This document shows positions 10,735-21,700 of a stretch of 51,461 nt of DNA, piece by piece (within the stretch, counting starts at the first letter, position 1; each line of letters starts with the position of its first letter). Below the pieces are notes generated by a model, which had not been told where the DNA came from, made no database searches, and worked only from the letters and a program-made list of their open reading frames with translations. Made by a program: the position numbers and the translations under genes. Origin of the DNA: Intoshia linei (lineage: Eukaryota; Animalia; Orthonectida). The stretch covers positions 1 to 51,461 of the forward strand of contig LWCA01000118.1 in assembly GCA_001642005.1 (NCBI GenBank), written 5' to 3'.

Positions 10735-12820
10735 TTATGCTGGGATTGTAATGATTTCATCAATTTTCAAAATACAACATACAGCTTCTGTTGCTAGATT
10801 GAAGGCAGAAGTTGATACCAAGAGAGGTTGCACTACACTTTCTTTCCACATGTCGCAAACTTGACCAGTGGCCATATTTATTCCATAATCCTTGAACCCT
10901 TCATTGTGTTTAGATTTCAATTTTGCAACAGTTTCCATGGCGTTGATACCAGAATTTTCAGCAAGAGTAAATGGTATAATATCTAAAGCCTTACTAAACG
11001 CCCTAAAACAATACTGATCATTTCCGATGCACTTATTCGACATTCGCAATAATTGTGCAGATGCTTCAATTTCGGGTGCACCGGCTCCAGTAATTAAACT
11101 TCGTTTTTTCACGAGACAGGTGACAACACATAGAGCGTCATGTACAGATCGTTCAGCTTCCTCCAAAATCATTTCATTTGATCCTTTTAAAATAATGGAC
11201 ATTGTTTTTGATACTTGTTTCATACCTTCAAACATGATCACTTTGCTACCTGATATCGATTGTTCATATACCAAATCAACATGTGCCAACGCATCAGCTT
11301 CAAAACGATCCAAACTGGCAACAGGTCGACAATTTAATGATTTACAAATAAATTCCACATGAGTACGTTCAACATCTTTGACGACCATGATTTTTAGTTT
11401 TGTTAGATAATGTTCGGCCAATTCATTTAAAGCATCTCTTAAAATTGATTTTTGTATCAAAAGTACATTGCATCCAGATTTTTTTATTTTTTTAACAATT
11501 TTAAGAATATATTCGCGTTCTTCTTGTAAAATTTTGTCCATTTGTGTGTAATCATCAATCATAACTTGAGAATCAATGTTTGTTTTAGGTGGGGAAAGAC
11601 AAAATTGAACAACAGCTATTTTGGCTTTTTCTACTCGTCTGATACCATTAGGTTGATTGATGCATTTATTATCAAGAACTAATCCTGGAACTAAAACAGA
11701 TTCATCGACAGTAGGTCCCATTTTTTTAATAATTTGAATATCTTTCAAATTTACGGTTGTATCCTTTTCAATGTCGATTATCTTTAATACAGCGTCAACA
11801 CATAGAGGTGCCAAGACATTTGAGTAATTGGAAACAACCTTCGAGTGCAAAGATGTGTGCGCGCTTTTAATTAGCGATTCGCGATCAGAGAGTTCGACAG
11901 GCTTTGACATACTTTCGATTGCGCCAATTGCACATTTGCATGCATTTCTGAAACCTTCAGCAATCGCTAAAGGATGCATTCCCATAGCCAACAATGATTC
12001 ACATTCACCCAATAAAGAACCTGCCAAAACAACAACACTGGTTGTACCATCTCCAGCCTCTGCATCTTGGGATTCACTTAAATTTACCAAAATTTTAGAC
12101 GCTGGGTGTAAGACTTTTATTTTTTTCAGTATAGTTGCTCCGTCGTTTGTAATTATTACGATTGAACTTTTGTCACCACCAATTATCATTTTGTCCATTC
12201 CTAAAAAACCAATAATTATAAATTGAATTATTAACACGTATTGTGAAAACTAATAAAATAACGGCACGCTGATAGAGCTGAAAGAACTTGAAAATTTAAC
12301 TTAATTTAAAATAAATGTATTTTTTGAAATATTCAAATATTAAGTCCAGGAATTTAAAAAAAAATTATTAGTTTTTTCCCAAGTGTTTAATTTATTAAAA
12401 TTTTATTTTTTATAAAATACAAAACGTTTTATAACTAGCCCTATTCAAATTAAACTTAAAAATCTATTTAAATTATACTCCATTAATAAATTTGCAAACG
12501 GTTTAATACGATTCTCGGTACATTTTATTTTTCAAAATATATAAAGAATAAAAAAATGTCCTTCCACGTCAAAGCTATATATTCTTAATAAAAAATAAAA
12601 AATATGAAGCTATAAATAACATGTACGTTGTTTTTGCATGTTCAAGAAAAACAATTTCAATATTTTCAAAATTACCCTGCCCCAAACTCGTCCGTATCGA
12701 ATCAATTAATCCTTTGGCAGATGTTATGTTTGATTTCAAAATATCATCCGGCTTGGACTTATTTTTAAAATTGAGTTGGTCGTTTTTCCTGTTTCCTTTC
12801 ACAAATTGATTTTTCAGCAT
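10735..12820 (-). CDS. CCT4: T-complex protein 1 subunit delta (CCT4), 2 exons
   Basis: Exon 1 12820-12676 (KSKPDDILKSNITSAKGLIDSIRTSLG), phase-1 intron 12675-12201, exon 2 12200-10735 (TNDGATIL, GDGTTSVVV, VQFCLSPPKT, CNVLLIQKSILRDA, VVQPLLVSTSA). Confidence 0.95.
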
Positions 12821-13399
12821 TGTTAAATTTTAATGAGCGAAAATGTATATAAATAAATGTATATTTTTATTAAAATTTTAAATTTCATCAATTATAGAAT
12901 TTATTTAAATGTTAGCTAATAACGCGTTTACAATTTGAGTGTAATTTTTTATTTTAACTTTAATGGTAAGTTTATGTGTTGCAAATTGCAATACCTTGAT
13001 CAATCATAAATTAATACATTTCACTTAGTACTATGTAAAAGTTAATACATTATTCCATTACAGTTTGCAAACATTAGAATTCTATTCAGTATACATAATG
13101 TAATAAAAAAACAACTTTTTCACAATAAAAATAACGAAAATGGGTAAACTTTAACAATTCAAAAAAATAATAAAGTTGTATTGTACTTTTATAATGAACT
13201 TTTTATTACATTACGATACAAGTAATATTTATGTAAATGTAATTTGTCATTTATTTATTTCTATTTTTAATAATTTTATGTTAATTATTTACTTACAAAT
13301 GCACACAGCGCCATATCTACCGTACCCGAAACCTTTTTTAAGAACTCAATGAAATTTTTCATTTTTCCAAATTCAGCATTAAATTATGAGAATATTCTT

Positions 13400-13620
13400 A
13401 AATTATGGGAAAACCCGTTTTTACCACCCTTTAATGGAAAATCCCAATTTTACCAACCCTAAAATGAAAAATTGGGTTTTAAAAACCCTTTAAGGAAAAT
13501 TCCAGTTTTACCAACCTTTAAGGGAAAAATCCACTTTTACAAACCCCTAAGGAAAAATTTCAATTTTACCAACCCTTATGAGAAAACCCACTTTTACCAA
13601 CCTTTAATGGAAAAATTGAG
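13400..13620 (+). repeat. 29-bp minisatellite array (consensus about TTTTACCAACCCTTAAGGGAAAAATCCAN)
   Basis: About 7 degenerate tandem units are directly visible. Confidence 0.85.
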
Positions 13621-14134
13621 TTTTTGTTTTTGAGTTATATTATTCACTACAGATTCAAGTTAAAACTGAAATATGAAACTGATACCATATTATACCTACA
13701 AATCATATAAAAAAATTAGAAATATTCTATGGTGTTCACACCAGAGAATTGTAAAATATTGTAATTTATTTTACACAACCATTTTTTGTCAGTTTCAATT
13801 TATACAGAACATTTAATTTAAATACTAACAGTATATTTAAACTACTGACAAAATAATTTTTTTACTGCCCTTCCAATTTAAATACTGACAATCCATTATA
13901 TCAACTGAAAATTCAATATTTCTTTTGACAAACCATATAAAATACTGACGCGATAAATACTAGACATTTTTAATACGAATATTTTATTTTGTTTTAAAAA
14001 GTTTTTTGTTTCATCATCAGTTTAAGTAAGTATTAAAGCGTTTATAACTTGTTTATCGATAATCTTTCTATTTGATAACTTCTGACATTTTGTTTTGTTT
14101 GTGATATTGAGAATTATGAGATACTCCGCAATTC

Positions 14135-14260
14135 TGTAAAACTGGATTTTTTTCTTAAAAGTTGATAAAACTAGAATTTTACTTATAGGGTTGGTAAAAC
14201 CGGATTTTTTCCTAAAAGGTTGGTAAAACTGGATTTGTCCTGTTAGTGTTGGTAAATTTT
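14135..14260 (-). repeat. 29-bp minisatellite array, inverted relative to 13400-13620
   Basis: About 4 units of GGTTGGTAAAAC(C/T)GGATTTTTT. Confidence 0.8.
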
Positions 14261-14500
14261 TTTTTTTAGTTAAATATTTGGATTTAAGTAGACACCCTTA
14301 AATTATTAACTTAAATTTAAAAAAAATTATATCCTTGAATATCGTTACCATTTTATATGCCAAGTTTAAAATGTCAAGTCAAAAGCCTTGGAGAGGTGGC
14401 TAGGGTTTAATTAAAAACTTTATAGTTCGTATTACATGTATGTACTACAAAGATTGAACTTACTACTGTGGTAGATTCTTCGTTATTGATTTTTAGAAAA

Positions 14501-15639
14501 ATGCAATATATTTCTGAAAACAAAAAACAAGTTGGTATCTTAATTGTAAATGATGTTGAATATTTTGTTGGAAAATTTAAAAGTATTGGTCGTAAAAGCA
14601 AGGATGAGAATGTCACAGATAGAATAAATATCATTTTTTCCGAATTACCCGATTTGAATCGTTTTATATCTAGAAACCATTTTGAAATAAACACAGATAC
14701 AATACCAACAATTAAAGTAACAAGTAAAAACGGATTATTTTTAAACGCAGAATTTGTGTCAAAAGGAAATTCCATTGTCGCTGATGGCAGGTAGATGTTA
14801 TTAAAGTGTAATTTTTTATTTTATCACGTCTAAAGTCCTACCCGATGAGTCGAACCTACCAAGTTGGAGAACTTCACCCTGTGACCCTCCAACCTATGGC
14901 ACCGGGACCTCTTCGGATCTCGACGAAATTTTTGTAAAATGGGGCCTTATTTGAATTTGAATCCAAATTGAGTATTTACAAAATTACCTTCTTGAATATC
15001 ATAACTACATTCATGTATTTTTCGTATTAAATTTAAAAGGCATCTTAAAAGGTGTTGCCTAATCATATTTTGTGAAAAAATGTTTTTGGGCCTATTTTTC
15101 ATTTTTATGGTGAAATCGAGCTTGATACGTTGGATCACCGCTGAAAATAAACCCTAAAAAAAATTGGGTTTAATACGAGATTTAACAGCATTAATCATTG
15201 TTAATTAATTAAATTGTTGTTGATAACTGATCTTAAGGCAAATACTTTTCCAGAGCCCAAAATGCCGTACCGAGACCCTCTTAGCGCTTTATCATAAAGT
15301 GTATTATAGAATTTTACATTAGTTATTTTTTTTCATTGTTTGGTAATAAAATTAAATGTAAAATTCAGTGTTAATTTAATTCAGTGTTATCCTTTAAAAT
15401 TAGTCTAAATGTATTATTACCACTTACCAAAACTTGTAAAACAAAATTTGTTAACATCAAAATAATCATTCAATTGGAAACAAACATTTGATTTTGAGTC
15501 GACTAAACTATACACTGAAAATATTTATATATACAATTTATGTATCTTATTTAGAACTACAATTCGTTTCCCAAGTACTAGCTACCGTGTGCAGTTCCAC
15601 TACAAACCGGTCGTAGGAATGATAGACATGTCATGTTAA
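14501..15639 (+). CDS. Small FHA-domain protein (FOXK-type FHA, about 124 aa, 2 exons)
   Basis: Exons 14501-14790 and 15555-15639 contain SIGR, FISRNHFEI, SKNGLFLN and TTIRFPSTSYRVQF, resembling the FOXK FHA (TIGR, FISRRH, GKNGVFVD, CTFRFPST). Start codon tentative. Confidence 0.75.
14815..15190. mobile_element. Unclassified non-autonomous element in the FHA-gene intron (possibly Helentron/HINE-like)
   Basis: GC-richer insert next to a T-run, with imperfect end repeats (TTATCACGT / ACGAGATTTAA) and a small hairpin (AAACCC..GGGTTT) near the right end. Confidence 0.3.
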
Positions 15640-15796
15640 TTTCATCGAAAGCATCTCTATAGATATAATTGTAAAATAAATAATTTGCCAATATTTTAAA
15701 AAAAAATTATGTTTATACTAAAAACCTTGTACATTCATTGAAAACGGTCAAATGATTTTAATTTTGATGTTGCTTTAATATTGTAATGAAAATTTA

Positions 15797-18700
15797 ATGA
15801 ATCAGTGTTCGTTGCAAGATTGTTACACTAACGTATTTTGTTTATGTGATATTAAAGGCATTAGATGGAAATGTTTTGTATCGACCCCAAGTGAAACCTT
15901 TGATCCCTTGAACGAACGAATTTTGGACGCTTATTTGCGATGCGTGCGAGAAAACTTAATGTGCGTTTGGCGTCGTGTGCGAGCTGAAAATCCTGGATAT
16001 AATAATGCATTTTGTATCCAACTTTGGGTATTTTGGTACAAGGATGAACCAAACGTTATTAAACAAGAATTATCACAAGAGTTTAAAATACTTGAGGATG
16101 GAAACTTTGAAACGACCATGAACTATTGCTGTCGTGTTTTACTATTTAAATGTATACATTCCTTAATTCAAGAACATTTACTGTTAAACGGTTTTATGCG
16201 CTTTGGTAAATGGTTCGTTAAGCCAATATCAAATTTATCAAAAAAACTATCTAATCAACCTTCAGCAATATCCATCAGTTTTAGTTTATTTTTGTTGAAC
16301 GATATTTTTGTATTTTGTTTTGTCGAAATGGGCCAACATCCACCCATCAGAATGCTTACTAATAATGATATTTCTCTGGTAATGAGAGATCCTTCTGATA
16401 AGTACGAAGTCATGCTAGCGCCATATGGAATTCGAGCCTTCATTTGTGGCACTCAGCGGTATGTTTTTAAAGATACGTTTCCTGTTTATGTTTGGAAATC
16501 TTTTTTTCCTATTATTGTTAGTTCTGCAGATGATGATAAAATATGTGTGGTTGATGTGGCTATCGGGACCTGTAGGCAAATTTATCCCGTTAAACTTATT
16601 GCTATTCTTATTAATGGAGAAATTGATAAATTTGCAGTTTTCAATCAACAAATTGACGAAGGTTCCAATTCTATTAAAACTATTGTTAAATCGGACAAGA
16701 AAAATACAACAAATCAACAAAAAAATACAAGAAATCCGCTTCCCACTATTCTTAATGTTAAATCTTTTTTATCTGCTAAAATAAACAAAGAAACTTTTAT
16801 TAATCTTACCAAAATATGTCTTCAAATGTCGTGGCGTACCGATGAAAAGGAAACAATTTATACAAGGTTTTTTGTTTTAAAAATTTTCAGTGTTTATTTT
16901 AATTTTTCGACTATATGTCAATTAGCATCAATGAATATGATAAAATTAATATTTTTGTGGGCTTACCTGTTCCTTGCTGCGTTTTTATATCCCTACTTAA
17001 AAAAATAATATTATGTAAAGTAGATAGTGTGACTGTTATGTACTTGGTACAAACAACAGCTAGCTATGCCGAGGGAAAACTTTGTTAATTCTACCCAAAA
17101 ATAAATTAAAGAAAAGGCGTCCTATCTCTTTATAGACATTCGTTTGAGCGATGTATTGTTAGAGTTATACATCTTAGAACGAGATAATCATCGATTTTAC
17201 TAACAATATGTGTGTTATATACTTCATATGCAGTAGTTGGAAAATATAAAAATGCTAATAAATTACAAATTTTACCTTACGCATAGTGCTAATTTATCAT
17301 ATTGATTTATTCACGAAATTTGGTGGCCTTCTCTATTCATTTTTTATTATCCTATATTCATAATTTTACTCCCAAAATTGTCTTAAAATCTATAAAAAAT
17401 GGTAGAAAAAATATTACCCTAAAAACCCTTTAAAATTTTGGTCATGGTCATTAAAGAAACCACAAAAATATTGTCCAAAAATCAATACAATAAAATCGAA
17501 TATTATGTCGCTCAAATGAATATCTCTCAAACGTATGTTCCTCAAATGAATGTTGCGAAGCTTAATGTTTGTCAAATAAAATTTTAAATGAAAATTCTAC
17601 TATTTACTATTACTAAGGGTGTTACCAACATTCGTCGTATTATTACCAGCAAAATTAAAAAATTTTAAAGTGTATATATAAGTAAATTTATATAATATAT
17701 AGAATTAAGTTATATTCAAGTTATGTTAAATTCAATTTTCTGACCCTTTAAAAATATAATTTCAAAAAAAATAAAAAATTAACATCAAGTCTATATAAGT
17801 ATATAACATATTCCGATGAAAAATTTACGGTATCTACTGTAGATAAAAAATTTAAAATTTAAGGCCCGAACCTTTACCCTAATTTTTAAAAAAAATTGGT
17901 TTTTTCTGAAAAGAGCAGAACATTTTGATATATACCATGTACCCCAAAATGTGTACCTTATACTGTATTAGGAATTAAAATCTGGTTAGATCTCAAAAAA
18001 AATATATAAAGCGTTAAAAATAAGTACATTTATATTTAAGAAAATTATAATTTAATTATTTCAATAAAATTAAAAATTCAATTATTTTGTTTTGGCTTTA
18101 GTCTAGGTTAGTGGCCACCAAAGTACGAGCCGCGTATATTTACTTATATATAATACAAAATAAACGTATATTTAATATTTAACCTCCCTACTATGCAATT
18201 ATTAAAAGTACAAAATTTTAATGCAAAAGCGTTTAGAACTTAAACTTTAGATCAGGGGTGCACAACATGCAGCCGTGGGCAATACATCTGATCATAATGC
18301 AATATATCATTTTACTTCAAATTGAAAACTTAAAATGAGATTTTATTCAAGTCTATTTAAAATATTTTAATCAAAAAGTTACATTCTTGACTTTTCCCCA
18401 GTTTCTCAAATGTTAACGAAGGGCACACAAAATCAAGGCAGTCACTGATATCTTTTTTATGTCATTAATATTGAAATATTTTTTTTATGTCTTCCACTTT
18501 AATGTATTAACAAATCCATTTTTAATGGAACTTTTTTCAGTTGTCAAATTATTAATTATTTACCGAAAAATTAATGTTTTTTCTAAAAAATATTAGAAAA
18601 AGGAAAAATTTCAAATTTTTTTAAAATCAGGTTTTTTCTTATGGAATCAGTCAGAAGAATTATTAATCTCAAAATTTGGTAAAATGGGATATTTCATAAA

Positions 18701-21700
18701 AATATTGGTAAAGCGATTTTTTTCATTAGGGTTGGTAAAATTTGGTTTTTTCTTTTAAAATCAGATAGAGTAGTTTTTAGTCTAGAACATTGGTAAAAAT
18801 GGATTTTTAAAAAAAATATTTGTAAAAAGGGATTTCTTCCTTAAGGGTTGGTAAACTTTTGGTTTTTTCTCATAAGATTGTATTAAATTGGATGATTTAA
18901 TGAAATATGTTGAAAATTGTAGATTAACCTACAATTATCTAAATTTTCATATTCATCCCTTAGGTTGCCAGTCACCCCCATGAGAAGCACTGCATTAATC
19001 CAAAATTTCAACCTCAGAAATCTACGCATTCCTGGTGAAAAATAATTTTTAATATGTTGTCAAGCAATATTTTTGGATTAAAAAGAAAAAGTATATTGAT
19101 CCTACAATTTGAAAAAAAATGCTATGAACGTCTGTACATTTTCAATAGAGATATGTGTGAAAAGTCATAAATTGATTCTTTTGGGTTTTTTTAAATTTAG
19201 GTTTTAATAAATGTCGTATTAATTCAGATTAAAACAAGTTTTAAAATTTGTTAGAAACACCTTAAAGCCCATTTTATAAATTGATAAAATTTACCGTAAA
19301 AGTAATTGAAAAAGTGACTATTAACCCATATATTCCCAGACAAATGTTTCCAATTTTTTGGCTTTGATTGTTCCAAAAATTTGGGAAGTTAATACATACT
19401 TGCCTATTTCTCACCATATATAATTTTAGGTAATTACTAATTATAGTTATGGATTTATTTTACATTCCATATGTTTACATGGGGAGAATAAGGCATATAA
19501 AACCGTATCGTCAATATACCTAATTATTTCATCAAATTGTAGCCAATACATGAATTCATCTATGGTGTTAATTAAATTCAGTTATCACAACTTTAACAAA
19601 AAAAAATATAAAAAATTTTTGCAGTGACACAGGAGGCTAATCGGTGAAAACTCATAACTAATATACTCGAATGTTATATAATATACTAATTAATTGTATT
19701 AACTTTGTTTCAATTTGATACGTGTTTTGATAAATGATTTGTTGTGTGACCATATGGTCACACTGGGAGTATATGGGTTATTTGAATTCTATTTTATTTT
19801 TTTAATACTTTTTATATTTGTTACATGTATATAAATTAACATTTATAATTCACAATTTGACATAATTTTTTCCGTTTAGAAATGTAAAGCTGACATCATT
19901 GGGTACAAATAGTCGCGGTAAAATTCAATATGAATTTAGAAATCATAGGCAAAACGTTGCTAAATTGGCTTCTATTCGAACCCTTTGTTCCGTGTTTCAT
20001 AATTCACAGGCTGATAGTTTAATCTTAAAAGAAGATATTGATCGAAGCGATGTTAGTATTTTTCATACCATTAAACGCAAAAAATCCTGCACTATTGATG
20101 AAATTAACCATAAAAAATTTAAAGTCAAAAATGTACATTTTACCAACAACGAAACGGTTTATTCTCCGATTTCAAAAAAAGAAAATTTAGCTATTACCTT
20201 TTCATTGAATTCAAATCAAACCATTTCTACACCTATAAACAGCATTGAAGAGTGGATTCCACCGGTGATTTCAGTGTCACCGTGTGAAATTGTATGGAAT
20301 GCTAACCTTCATCCAGATTTGGATTCTGTCCAAGAAGATTTTTTGCCATTTTTCAAACGAAAACCTTTAAATATATGTGATATGGTACCATTTAAACAAA
20401 GAAAAATTGAAATCGCTCTCATCGACATTCCAATTAATAGTATGCATACAAAAGACGACGATTCAGTTTTGTCGGACGAATATATAGATTTTAATTGTGA
20501 TCTGTTCAACGTCCCTGATGTCCCAAAACAAATACAAATTCAAGATAAAGTTTCAGAAATAAGGAAAAAAAACGAGTCGATCAATTTTCTAAACACTTTT
20601 TATGAAACCAATGAAAAAATATCAACCTTTTATATTAACAAGAAAAATGTGTTTACACCGTTGAATATCTTTGAAGTGGAATGCTCAGTTTCTTTTGTAA
20701 ATGAATGTAGCGTTATAAGTGATCAGTACAAACCAATTCCAATGTCGATGGATTATTTTGACTATCCTAAACCCAACGGTAATATTTTTGGTGAACATAA
20801 TGAATCGCCTGGCTTTAAGTGCTTTAAAACTGTTTCATCTGTTTTAACAAATTTTGTATGTATAAAAAATTTCAATTATGCTGAAACCGCTATGGAAGAT
20901 TCATCTCATGTGGAATTAAAAGAGAGTTTGAATGAATCAAAAACTGATGTAATTGGACCACCGCTTAGTGAAACCTTTCAAGTGGATATGGTTCCAACTC
21001 CAAAAAATTTTATTAGCGACCCTTCCCCGGGTACACCCTTAAACCAAAGTAAAATGTGCAACTTTTTTACAGCTGGATATAAATCTTTTAGTGAAGATTG
21101 TTCTCTTTCTGCTCAAATTGCCAACGTAAATCAAAATGAAATGGAAAATGAAGGTACATTTTTTTCGCCTGCAAGAAATCTTACAAAGTCGCCGTTTACA
21201 AACAGTTATCTCTACGAATGTAACAGTTCTGTCGCTTTGATGGCTATATATGATACAATTTTAAACGATTCGTATGACTTGAATTTTGAAGAGTGTACGA
21301 TCTGTGTTTGTAATAATGGTATTACCAATCCAAACGCTTTACTCTTAGCTTATCAAGGTATAAACGATTTTCCTGGCAAAAAATTCTTGTTAGATTCTGA
21401 TTATGAACCTAGCCCCTGTTTGTGCGCTTTTAATCTTGGTGTTTATAGAAAAATTATTTTTTTCAACTCGGTTCTCAATCAAGATTTATATGGAGCCTTA
21501 AATGTAACCCAATCTTCTAAATTGATTGAACATTTAAAAACAAAACAATTGTATGGATCCACGTGCAAACAGTTATGTACACCTGAATTACTGGCCACTT
21601 TTATAAATCAAGTATTTTCACTTCAAACATCTCCTTTTTTGTTAAATTTATATTATAGTTCGTTTGATTCTTGTATTATACCAGTAAAAACCATTCTTAA

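Noticed and set aside
11027-12226. Antisense ORFs over CCT4 (and similar ones over MED13, the RT and the FHA gene)
   Set aside because: They are shadow frames of real coding sequence with no motifs of their own.
13400-13620. 29-bp repeats as a CRISPR array
   Set aside because: Units are directly tandem and degenerate with no unique spacers, there are no cas genes, and the context is eukaryotic.
16867-17008. Hydrophobic TM-like tails on the MED13 ORFs (also 23517-23786 and 27061-27102)
   Set aside because: These are read-through into AT-rich introns past GT donors.
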